Below are positions 11,608 to 22,720 of a stretch of DNA of 34,912 nucleotides, piece by piece (within the stretch, counting starts at the first letter, position 1; every line of letters begins with the position of its first letter). This DNA comes from Mesotaenium endlicherianum. Its lineage: Eukaryota. Below the pieces are notes generated by a model. That model made no database searches and was not told the origin of the DNA. It saw only the letters and a program-made list of their open reading frames with translations. A program made the translations under genes and the position numbers. The stretch is from the NCBI GenBank assembly GCA_009602735.1, contig WELA01001441.1, positions 1 through 34,912 on the forward strand. Reading direction: 5' to 3'.

Positions 11608-13084
11608 TAATACGTACGGACCAAGACCGCGCACACGGGTGCACACACGGCGCCAAGTGCTATCGAGGTCATGCGGTGCTAACTCTTTTCATCTGAAGGG
11701 GCTTCTTGTCGCGACTACTATCCGTTTGACGGTGCCGCACGCGCAGCGCAAGCTACGGCCACCCAGGTACGGAAAGTCAACGTTGACTCACCAACCACTT
11801 GACTGATTTCGTCACAGTCAGCGGGTATGTCGGCATCCGGACCACTGGCAAGGGGTCAATGTCAATGTGCCCCACACCCAGGAATGGGGGAGGTTTTGAC
11901 AGCATAGACAGCCGCGAGACTAGAAGCTGGGGATCAGTGATGAGCCGCCCAACAGGTACCAAGTCCGGTACTGCGCGACTGGCAGATTAAGCCAGGTCAT
12001 GGCCGCAATGCCAAGATAGATTACGGCCCCTCGGTTGGGAATCTTGAGCAAGTGGCATTTGCTTGTACACACCGCTCAGGAGTTCTTAGCCATGAGCCAA
12101 TTAGGCGTGACTGCCAGCTGAGAAGCTAAGCAGCCACACGCGACAGTCACGAGGTGTGCATGCATGCTGAGTGACTACGAGTTTGAGTTGAGCATGGCTA
12201 GGCAGAAGCGACATGCAGCTAAGCTTTGTGACTAAGCACGGCATTCTCGAAAGATGACGCTGTGTGGTGCCTGCAAAAGGCACGAATCTTGCCTGAGACA
12301 TGTCATTCACTTTCACGCACTTTTGCCAAGAAGCAGAGGAAGCAGAAGAAGCAGAAGGAAGGAGAAGAAGGGCGCGAAGAAGAAGAAGGAGTTCCCAAGG
12401 CCATTGGAGGGCCGAGGCCCCACGCTTCTGCCGACGCTGAAGATTCTTCTCAGTGTATCATAGATAAGTTAGGATTGTAGGAGTTTCCAAGAGGGAATCT
12501 CACTATTGAAAGCAGGAGGACTGCAGAATAGAATCTGCTAGGAGATTAGCACAGATTCGGCCGAACGCCACAAGTGTGTGTGAAGCAGCCTTAAAATGGT
12601 GAGTTGTGTGTTAGTTTCCAAGTTCTCAGAAGTCGCATTCTCATCTCGAAGAGAGAGAGTAGTATTGACAGATAAAGCTCTCAGTGAAGAACTGAGTGAG
12701 CCTAGCCTGGCAGTGAAGAGCTGTTAAGGCGCGGTGTTAAGTGAAGAGCTTGACCCAGGCCAGCATAGATGTGTAGTTTCAGAGTTTTGTAAGGTGTGAC
12801 TTGTGAAAGTTAAGCGAAAGCCTGAAGGGCGATTTTCTCTGAACCTGACGTTGTATGTCAAGCTGCTTAGAGTGTGAATTCTGCAAACTACAATTTGCTC
12901 GCCTGTGAACCCAAGAACCTTTAGGCATAAAGCCTATGTGGAAGTAAGAGACTTCCGTCCTACTTCTGAGAACTTCGATTCTGTGGTTCAGGCGAGTAGA
13001 AACTCCCACGCAAATTGGGGATTGAGGCCTGTGAGGGCCGCCGGTGCTCAACCTGGAAGGGGACCCGGAGAAATTCAACAGAAC

Positions 13085-14205
13085 ATGCGATTGAGGAGTG
13101 GAAGACTCTACTACCCTATGGAGCCCGCGGAAGATTCTGATTCAAGCCAGAGTCCACGAGGAAGTGAGACATCTGAGCGCACGGATAACCTGTGGAGTGA
13201 GCAACCGTCAAGAGACGAGTCTCGCAAAATTGCCACGAACGGTGAGAATCCGTATAACGAGCGAGCCTTTGTACCAAATTTGGGCAGAGAGCACGACGTG
13301 TGGCGTACAGATAGTGAGTCTTGGTCACCATTCGAAATGATTGGTGATGATAAGGATCAAAATCCTAAGTTCAAGCTGTCTACAAAGTGTTTTAGTGGAC
13401 GAACCGGTGGAAATAGTCTCACTTTCGAAGAGTTTGATGAGATCTATTGGGCTGATTTCTTTGAGAAAATCCGAAAGGATTCTTCTTACACTCAGTCAGT
13501 CGCTTTTATAAGCTTGGTTCAGTACTTGGACAAGGATGCCTTGATGCTTTATCGCCAATTCCGGAAGGATGAGAACCTTATCCAGGAATAGGCGTTTGAC
13601 GAGCAAAAGAAGGCGAGGGATTTAGAAATCCAGAAAGAGGCTGCGAAAGCCCGCCTGTCCGCTTTGTCATCAGGAAGAGCGATACCTGCTGCACCTGTTG
13701 AGAGCGTAGACTTAGCTGCCCTAACACAAGAATTAACAGATGCCATGAAGCAACTCACTGAGGGTCAGCAGGGAGCGGCTACTCAAGATGATGATGCTGG
13801 GTCTGTCGCAGAATTGCGTAAAGTGTGTGCAAAATTGTCTGAAAAGATTGCTAATGCTCAGGAACGAGTAACACGCAGGGCTGCACCTTTTACAGGGTAG
13901 CATGGTGATAGTACCACCACGGAAGCAAGCCATGCGCAAGCGTTGGCTAGTTGCCGTAGGGAGATGGAGGCTGGGGATGACCAGTTAGACTCTGTGCACT
14001 GTCTGCGTCGTTTCTTTAAGTTGCTTGAAGCAAAATTCCCAGAGAATCGCAGTCTTAAGGTGCAACGTTAACGAGACAGTGATGGAGGTCAAATCCAGAT
14101 TGGTAGAGCTTGCCAAGAAGGCAGGAATCTATGAGCCTAGGATTGTGGCTGACAAATTCTTATTGTGCCTGGGTAAAGACACAGATCGGGAGGTCAGGCC
14201 GCACC
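13085..14205 (+). pseudogene. gag: Gag, N-terminal part (stops at 13589 and 13898, one frameshift), cut by the nested element
   Basis: The ATG of MRLRSGR is conserved in both family copies. Removing the insertion and one GCACC rejoins DREVRPH-LSAKRGIDWNINEAAEIARNVEE in frame with ORF 20214-20801. Confidence 0.8.
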
Positions 14206-14708
14206 TGTAGTGATTTGAGTTATTATATATTAGTTTGCATATATTTTAATGTTTTCAAATATATTTGGAGTAGTATTGAGTGGATTCAAGTGTGAATAGG
14301 AACTCTAGTAACTTGGTTCATGTCCGTCGAACCTTCCAAGGCATTTTCGAAGTTAGAGGAAAGACTTAGAAGAACTCTTTGTGGCAAAAGTCAAATGTGC
14401 CATTTTTAGGTCAAAAGGACATGTGTACATTATTCTAGAAAGAGGTGGCAAGTGTTGGGATGTGTTGGGTGCCAACACATCAACATACACCTTCCCAGAA
14501 ATTACTTATGTACGAAGTATATAAATATGAGCTAGAACATAGAAAGACATTCCATAATCACTCTTGTACTTGCCAAAATCCAGAAATATATTAACTATCA
14601 AGAAGCGATCTCTCTTTCAAGAAGCGACCATTTGTGTTCAAAGATCCTTGTCTTGAATAGATAAAGTATTATATTTCACTAAGTACTTTATCTATCTGTT
14701 TTACTACA
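14206..14708 (+). repeat. 5' LTR (503 bp) of the nested chromovirus
   Basis: TGTAGT...ACTACA; about 24 mismatches to the 3' LTR by manual count (~95% identity). Confidence 0.96.
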
Positions 14709-14709
14709 G

Positions 14710-14721
14710 TGGTATCGGAGC
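14710..14721 (+). promoter_or_regulatory. Primer-binding site, tRNA-iMet type (TGGTATCGGAGC)
   Basis: Separated from the LTR end by 1 nt; one mismatch to the canonical TGGTATCAGAGC. Confidence 0.9.
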
Positions 14722-14745
14722 TAGGCACTTTGGTAGCACAAGAAG

Positions 14746-17700
14746 ATGGCCGATCCTCAAGACCAACAGCAAGCTTTCGAAGGAAGCCCTTCTTCTCCAA
14801 GACACCCTCCTCCGGCGCCGATGGGAGAGCCCACTCAAGAAAATTTGCAACAACAAGAAGCACCACAAGGAGGAGCACACCCTCCTCCAGCGCCAATGGG
14901 AGAGCCCACTCAAGAAAATTTGCAACAACAAGAAGCACCACAAGGAGGAGCACCGTCAAATCCCGTGGCAGTCGCTATAGCAAAGTTGACCCCACCACAA
15001 GGAGTTCCCGCAAATGAGTGGGCAGCCTTCCTAATGACCGTCCACAACCAAGTGGGCTTGGCCACCTATGAAGCAACCGTGCAAGCGTCAAGAGAAGCTA
15101 TGGCTGCCATGGTTGCCCCTATTGCAAGCAATGCTCAAAATCCAGCCTCGGCTCAAGCGCCTCCACAAGAGCCAACGAGAGCAAGAAAACTCATCAAGCC
15201 CGGCAATCCCGACACTTTCAACCCCGGGAAAGGTGCCAACCTGAATTTATGGCTCTACCAAGTGGAGACGTACCTCGCGTTTCTTGAAGTACCCGAGGAG
15301 GACTACGTTCCCTTTGCCGTTACCTTACTTAGAGGAGCAGCAACATCATGGTGGCGTAACTATCAAGCGGCTATATATCAAGCTATGGCGCACCCCATGC
15401 TCGGCCAAGAGCCCCCACCATCATATGCAAGATGGGCAGATTTTCGTGAGGCCCTCAAGAAGCAATTCATGCCCATCAATGCGGAGAAGATTGCCCGAGG
15501 AAAGCTCCACCATCTCAAGCAAACGACGTCCGTACAAGAGTATACATCCAGATTTCATGCCCTCACTCTTGAGATCCCCAACATGTCTCTGGAGGAGAAG
15601 ATCGACCGCTACATCTTTGGCCTCAAACCCAAGGTGGCAAAGGAAGTGAAATTACGCGACCTGACGGACTTCTCAAAGATCATTGAAGTGGCCCAAAAGG
15701 TGGATACCTTGGATTTCAAGCACTCCGTGCCTTCATCTTCACGNNNNNNNNNNNNNNNNNNNNNNNNNNNNNNNNNNNNNNNNNNNNNNNNNNNNNNNNN
15801 NNNNNNNNNNNNNNNNNNNNNNNNNNNNNNNNNNNNNNNNNNNNNNNNNNNNNNNNNNNNNNNNNNNNNNNNNNNNNNNNNNNNNNNNNNNNNNNNNNNN
15901 NNNNNNNNNNNNNNNNNNNNNNNNNNNNNNNNNNNNNNNNNNNNNNNNNNNNNNNNNNNNNNNNNNNNNNNNNNNNNNNNNNNNNNNNNNNNNNNNNNNN
16001 NNNNNNNNNNNNNNNNNNNNNNNNNNNNNNNNNNNNNNNNNNNNNNNNNNNNNNNNNNNNNNNNNNNNNNNNNNNNNNNNNNNNNNNNNNNNNNNNNNNN
16101 NNNNNNNNNNNNNNNNNNNNNNNNNNNNNNNNNNNNNNNNNNNNNNNNNNNNNNNNNNNNNNNNNNNNNNNNNNNNNNNNNNNNNNNNNNNNNNNNNNNN
16201 NNNNNNNNNNNNNNNNNNNNNNNNNNNNNNNNNNNNNNNNNNNNNNNNNNNNNNNNNNNNNNNNNNNNNNNNNNNNNNNNNNNNNNNNNNNNNNNNNNNN
16301 NNNNNNNNNNNNNNNNNNNNNNNNNNNNNNNNNNNNNNNNNNNNNNNNNNNNNNNNNNNNNNNNNNNNNNNNNNNNNNNNNNNNNNNNNNNNNNNNNNNN
16401 NNNNNNNNNNNNNNNNTTGAGGATGTGTGTGGACTATCGCGCCCTCAACAAGATCACCATCAAGAATCGATACCCGCTGCCGCGCATGGATGAGCTCATG
16501 GACCGGCTGGTTGGAGCCAAGTACTTCACGAAGATTGACTTACGGAGCGGCTACCACCAGATTCGCATCGCAGAACCGGACATAGAGAAGACGGCATTCA
16601 GGACAAGATATGGACATTTTGAGTTCATGATCCTGCCATTTGGACTCACCAACGCGCCAGCAACTTTCATGACTATGATGAACTCCAATCATTCTTGGAA
16701 TTTGCCAATTGGTACAGGAGATTCATCCAAAGCTTCTCGCACATAGCAGCTCCCCTGACAGATCTACCCAAGAAGGACAGGCTATACACATGGACCGAAA
16801 AAGAGGAAGAGGCATTTCAAGAGTTAAAGCGAAGATTGACCACATCCCCGGTGCTCACACTCCCAAGTCCAAACCCAGATTGGCCCTTCCACGTCATCAC
16901 CGATGCATCTTCCTATTCAATAGGAGCAATCCTGCTTCAAGACCAAGGCAAGGGACTGCAGCCCATCGCCTACGAGTCAAGGAAGCTAAATCCAGCCGAG
17001 CAAAATTATACAACCACGGAGCGAGAGGCATTGGCGATTGTACATGCCTTGAAGGTTTGGCGCTGCTACGTTGAAGGACGCAAAGTACTGGTCACCACGG
17101 ACCACGAGGCGTTAAAGCACCTCCAAACGCAGCCGTATCTCTCAAGGAGACAAGCAAGATGGAGCGGATACTTGCAACAATACAACATCACGATTCAGTA
17201 CCAGCTCGGCAAGACAAACCCGGCTGACCCCCTCTCAAGACTGCAATTAAATGCAGTGATGGTATCCCTGAAGACAGATCTGGAAGCTCGATTTTCAGCC
17301 GCCTATGAAAGAGACCCTTACTACAAAACCGGAGAAGCAGCCTTGGACCCATACAAGAAGCAAGAAGGCAAGTATTGGGTGAGGCAAGATATGGGCCAGA
17401 GATGTGTTCCTAATGACATAGACCTCCTGCTCTTGCTTCTACGAGAAGCACACGACAACCCTCTTGGAGGACACTTTGGAATCCTAAGGACCACGGGCGT
17501 ACTAGCTAGGACTTATTGTTGGCCAGGCATGTCTAAGCAAGTCAAGGAGTACTGCAGGAGCTGTGACACTTGCCAAAGAATCAAGCCATCATTGCAAAAG
17601 GCGGGAGGACTCCTCCAACCACTACCAATCCCCGAAAGATAATGGACGAACATCTCAATGGACCTTATCAAGGACTTGCCCGTGACACCTCGAGGCCATA

Positions 17701-18833
17701 ATGCAATACTCACGGTGGTGGACAGACTTACCAAGATGGCTCATTTTATTCCCACGACGACTAAGGCTACAGCACCACAACTTGCAAGACTCATCTTTGA
17801 CAACATCTTCCGACTCCATGGACTACCATCAAGATTTGTGTCGGATAGAGATCCAAGATTCACAAGCCATTTCTGGAAAACTCTCTTTAAGAACTTGGGT
17901 ACATCGCTGGATATGTCCACTGCCTACCACTTGCAATCAGATGGGCAAATCAAGCGTATGAATTGTACCTTAAAGACCTCTCTAAAGGCCTACGTGTCTA
18001 CTCTAGAGCAAGATTGGGACATGTACTTGACCCCCCTGGAGTTTGCCTACAACAACACGACGCAGGCCTCTACCCAAGAGTCCCCATTCTTCCTCAACTT
18101 TGGCTTCCATCCAACCACGCTGCTGAGCTTCACGGCTGGCCATGATGAAGTACCTGCAGCCACAATGTTTATGGAGACATTAGAAGCGGCCCTTACAGCA
18201 GTGAAGAAGGCTCTACAAGACGCGCAAGATGCTCAAGCAAGAGTGGCAAACAGGTCCAGAAGAGAAATTACATACAGAGTGGGTGACAACGTGTTACTAT
18301 CATCCAAGAATATTTCCCTGAATAACAGGCCTGCCGGCAGCAATTTCTCTCCCAAGTATTTGGGACCCTTCAAGATTATCCAGCAAGTCAACCCCGTTGC
18401 TTTCAAGCTAGAACTTCCCCAGACTATGCACATCGACCCCGTATTCCACGCTTCCCTCTTCAAGCCGTATGTGCAACCCGACAACCAGTTCCCAAGACGT
18501 GTGACATCCCCACCAGTCCCAACAATAGTGGATGATCATTTGGAGTACAAAGCGGAAGACATAGTGGCTATGAGAAATTTTAGGAGACAGCAGCAATACT
18601 TGATCAAGTGGAAAGGATATCCAGATTCGGAGAATAGTTGGGTGGCGGCGCACTACCTTGACAAAGTTCAGAGAAAGTTGAAGCGCTTCCATGCCGCCAA
18701 CCCCCATCTTGGACCAGCCCCAAGTCTCTCTACTAGAAGCCCGAAGACTTCAGGGAGGCAGCTTGCCACCATCAAGAAGCAGCAGAAGACCCCTTGGAGG
18801 CAGCCTGCAAGAACAAGAAAGAGGAAAAATTGA
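14746..18833 (+). pseudogene. gag-pol of the nested chromovirus (Gag; N gap 15744-16416; RT with internal deletion; RNaseH; integrase; chromodomain ~18546-18690)
   Basis: Motifs: [49 protein letters not shown]...CDTC, SDRDPRF, YLIKWKGYPDSENSW. Lesions: frameshifting deletion at ~16686, stop at 17640, and the integrase catalytic E apparently replaced by K (DGQIKRMN). Confidence 0.93.
14803..14952 (+). repeat. 75-bp tandem duplication in the gag N-terminus (HPPPAPMGEPTQENLQQQEAPQGGA x2)
   Basis: Units 14803-14877 and 14878-14952, nearly identical. Confidence 0.95.
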
Positions 18834-19591
18834 CTTTAGACACTCTTATCTTCTCGCAGTTTCTGGACAGAAAACTAATACTGCTACTGGTGATAGGTCT
18901 CGGCATAATAAATTCTGAAAATTTACCTGGCTGTAGTCCATGAGTAGCCATTCATTTAGAGTCCAAGTTTGCTCAATTTCGAGCACTGGTGAGAGAGATA
19001 TGATGCTCTAAGTAGAAGGGGGTCAGGCTGCTGGCATTGTTAGGGCAGAATATGCCTTCTGACATTGCCCTCCCCTGAACTTGGAATGCTCTGAAACTCA
19101 AGACTCTGGTAGAACATCTTACAGCGCCTAGTTTGAGACTTAGTTTGCAGAATTTGGAGAAGAATAGAAGGACTTATGATTTTCAGAAGTTTCTGCACAG
19201 ATTTGGAGGAGTGCCTACTCTCTCAGCTCTCAACAACACTCCAGAAATTAGAATGCTCTCAAATTTGGTGACCCGGTAGAGTCCTTTGACGCGGTCCGTC
19301 TACCACTCAAATCTTTTAAATTTGGAGCAATTCTGGGGACGCTATGAATTTTTGAATTCGTGGCAGATTCCGGGCCAACTTGTACAATTTTCTTTACCAT
19401 CAAGGAGTAGGCTAGCCAATAAGGTCACACCACCCACGACCTTGCCTAGTCTACCTTACATGTGTAGCACCTGACTTGGCGCCTTGGACTACTCCTCTTC
19501 ACATGTGTGGCATCTGACTTGAAGCTGTTGACTAGTCTGCTCCACATGTGTAAGACGTGACTTGACGCGCCGAGACGTCGCTTTTTCTGTC

Positions 19592-19601
19592 GGGGGGGTG
19601 A
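19592..19601 (+). promoter_or_regulatory. Polypurine tract of the nested chromovirus
   Basis: gggggggtga immediately before the 3' LTR TG. Confidence 0.85.
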
Positions 19602-20104
19602 TGTAGTGATTTGAGTTATTATATATTAGTTTGCATATATTTTAATGTTTTCAAATATATTTGGAGCAGTATTGTGTGGATTCAAGTGTGAATAGGAACT
19701 CTAGGAACTTGGTTCATGTCCGTCGAACCTTCCGAGGCATTTTCGAAGTTAGAGGAAAGACCTAGAAGAACTCCATGTGGCAAAACTCAAATGTGCCATT
19801 TTTAGGTCAGAAGGACATGTGTACATTAGTCTAGAAAGAGGTGGCAAGTTTTGGGATGTGTTGGGTGCCAACACATCAACATACACCTTCCTAGAAATTA
19901 CTTATGTACCAAGTATATTAACAAGAGCTAGAACATAGAAAGACATTCCAGAATCACTCTTGTACTTGCCAAATTCCAGAAATATATTAACTATCAAGAA
20001 GCCATCTCTCTTTCAAGAAGCTACCACTTGTGTTCAAAGATCCTTGTCTTGAATAGATAAAGTATTATATTTCACTAAGTACTTTATCTGTCCGTTTCAC
20101 TACA
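19602..20104 (+). repeat. 3' LTR (503 bp) of the nested chromovirus
   Basis: Direct repeat of 14206-14708, followed by GCACC. Confidence 0.96.
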
Positions 20105-20109
20105 GCACC

Positions 20110-21425
20110 TATCTGCAAAACGCGGAATCGACTGGAACATCAACGAGGCTGCTGAAATAGCACGCAATGTCGAGGAAGGTAAAGTCTGGTACAAGGAGGC
20201 GTCCAGGACGTTTATGGCTCCTGAGAGAAGGGAGGAATCCTTTCAGCCTAAGGCCAATAGCTCTAATTTTCAGTTTAAAAGGAAGAGCGGGTCTTTCAAT
20301 AAGTTTGCTAAGCACGCCAACACTGCTGAGACAGCAGAGGGCTGTTGGAATTGCGGGAAATCAGGACATCAGAAGAAAGATTGTCCGTACCCGGATGCTA
20401 AGCAATTGTCTGCTAGCAAGGCGCAGGTATGCGCACATTGCAGCAAGAAGGGACACTCAAAAGATGAGTGTTGGTATAAGAACCCAAATCTGAAGCCACC
20501 ATGGGCTAATGCTGCTACGAAAGAGGCAGATAAGGGTAAGAAAAAGGAGAAAGATAACTCTGGTAACCGGAAGAGTAACCAGAAGTATGATGCTATGAGT
20601 GCAGAGATTCCAGAGTTGAAAGCTCAATTTGCAAAACTGAATGTGCCTAATGTCTATTATGATGCAGATGTGGTCGAAAAGATCGTATGTAAAGGCGAGA
20701 AGCTGACGCCCGAGAAGGCCGTGGCTGCAACAGCTGCGGAGCGCGCAGATCATGACCGTCTGGTTCCAAGGAATGCTGGGAAGCTTCCTCAGACCTTTTG
20801 AATCACTCTCGATGAGAACGAGATTGCGCAGCTACGACGAGCCAAGCCTGGGCCACGCAAGACATTTAGTTTTTCGCTGGAAAAGCTGAAGGCTCTGGTG
20901 GAACACCGGATTCAGCACATTGCTTGTCTTTCACTCGCTGATCTGCGTCTTACGTATCCTTTCACGATCGAAGAAGCTGGACGGCAGCTGGACATAGCTG
21001 AGGAAGGCGCAAACAGCGCTTCGCTGCCTACTAATTTCAGCACTGTGAGAGTGCAGAACAAGGATAGAGTTTTGACGTTCAACGACTGGGCCGCTCCCAA
21101 TATCCTATTGGACATTGGCGCACAGCCAGTAATCTTGGGAAAGCAAGCTGTGGAAACTCTGGGATTGACGTCAAGGGACCTGAAAGAAAGTCCTTTTCAG
21201 TTGAGGACTGCATCTGGGCAGATTTCAAAGTCTTGTGGAATTACCCGCAAGCCTGTGAAAATCACAGTAAACTTGGGGAAACCTGAGGAGACATCACTGC
21301 TCATAGAATGCACGGTGACAGAGGCAGAGAACTATGATGTTCTCTTGGGGACAGAAGCTCTGATTTCCCTGGGTATGGTCATTGACCTGCGGAAGCAGAG
21401 GGTGACTTACCAGTCCACAGATTGA
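20110..21425 (+). pseudogene. Gag C-terminus with two CCHC zinc knuckles, plus aspartic protease, of the DNMT-carrying element
   Basis: CWNCGKSGHQKKDC (20343-20384) and CAHCSKKGHSKDEC (20430-20471). LLDIGAQPVILG (degenerate DTG) and YDVLLGT. One frame, with stops at 20799 and 21423. Confidence 0.9.
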
Positions 21426-21749
21426 CAGCCGGCAGGAGAATTTCCTGTAGAAATGGTTTGCTCGGGAGAGGCAAACTACGGACTGCTAGACTGTTGTGTG
21501 AATGACCGGTATCCAGGCTATTATGACCTCATCATGCAACGCGAAGAGGAGGGCTACACCAGCGTCAACATGCCGACTCCCTTGGTTTGGCAACCTCAGA
21601 TTATGGAGCAACTGGAAGCTGTGAGTAACAGGGATCGTGGCTCGCAAGAGCTGCTGCCAGTTCCCTATCCAGTTAAGTCTGCTGCCAATTTGGTGCCTGG
21701 AGTAGACCCGCTGCTGCAAGGCATTGTGAGGATGAAAGATCCTTTTCGG

Positions 21750-22720
21750 AGGAGAGGAGTAGTAGTGCTGGAATTGTTCGCTAGACTTGGTTCTGGAACC
21801 ATCTCACTGATTCAGCGAGGTATCCAGGTATCCAAAGTGCTGTATGTGGACAATGATGCAGGTGCTTTCACAGCATTTAAGGAGGTCATGAGTCAGATGC
21901 GGCAAATGTACCATTTCAAGGCGTTGGTTCCTACTGATTCTAGGTTAGTGCGTCTTGCTGGAGGGAACATTCTCGATGTGAAGTCTGAGGACCTGTATGG
22001 TCACAGGATTGACTGGATCTTTGCGGGATTCCCTTGTCAACCTTTCTCGCAAGCTGGGAACAGGAGGGGATTCAATGACCCGCGAGCACGACACTGGGGA
22101 TGGATGGTGAAAATCATTAGCATGCTGCGGGAACGCCAACATCTCTACCCACCAGTGTTTGTGATTGAGAATGTACATCCAGGGATGGATTATAACCAGG
22201 AGATCCATGGCTGGTCTTCGACTCTACCCTGGGTCATCATGTATTGATCAACGACGCCAGGCACGGAGGACTCTCACACCGGGCCAGACTATTCTGGACC
22301 AACGGCATGTCCATTGAAGTCCTGAGGGAGATGGAGGAGATTACGCGGCGCACACCAACAGCAGTATTTGTGGGAGAACACTGATGGTGGTAACCAAGCC
22401 AGTGATTAGGAGGGATTCCTACCCACAGTACGTCATCAACGAGCCATGCAGGCCAAGGGTGGTGCTGCCCACCTTCACGGCATACCCAGGATCACGCGCA
22501 TTCGTGAATGGAGGACCAGGAATGGTCAAGAATGCGCACGACAGAGAAGCACAGTGGAGAGAGCCGACAGCTGAAGAGAAGGAAAGGTGCCTGGGGGTAC
22601 CCAACTCCATTGCACAAGAAATTGTTGCGATGGTGGGACAGGACGACGCTAGAAAGATATTTGGCAATATGATTGGGCATCACATCATGACGTGGTTGGT
22701 GGAGACGATTATGACTTGGC
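21750..22720 (+). pseudogene. C5 cytosine DNA methyltransferase domain embedded in the retrotransposon polyprotein (two frameshifts)
   Basis: Motif I LELFARLG (21768-21791); IV GFPCQPFS (from 22026); VI ENV (22167-22175); VIII SHRARLFWTN (22274-22303, another frame, not in the ORF track); IX REPTAEEKERCLGVP (~22558-22602); X RKIFGNMI (GN at 22663-22668). Confidence 0.92.

Larger units (their letters stand above)
14206..20104 (+). mobile_element. Nested Ty3/Gypsy chromovirus with both LTRs, defective
   Basis: LTRs at 14206-14708 and 19602-20104 (TG...CA). GCACC target-site duplication at 14201-14205 and 20105-20109. PBS, PPT and gag-RT-RH-IN-chromodomain are present. Confidence 0.96.

Noticed and set aside
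12590..12610. Conserved ttaaaatggtgag in both copies as a possible PBS of the DNMT element
   Set aside because: Not preceded by a CA LTR end and I cannot match it to a tRNA 3' end; LTR and PBS left unassigned.
14746..16746. 666-aa continuous gag-RT ORF as evidence of a fused gag-pol
   Set aside because: The frame is carried through a 673-N gap of estimated size, so it is uninformative.
21453..22720. Bacterial restriction-modification gene or contaminant
   Set aside because: In frame with retroviral-type protease and RT, no partner nuclease, and embedded in eukaryotic telomere-linked sequence.
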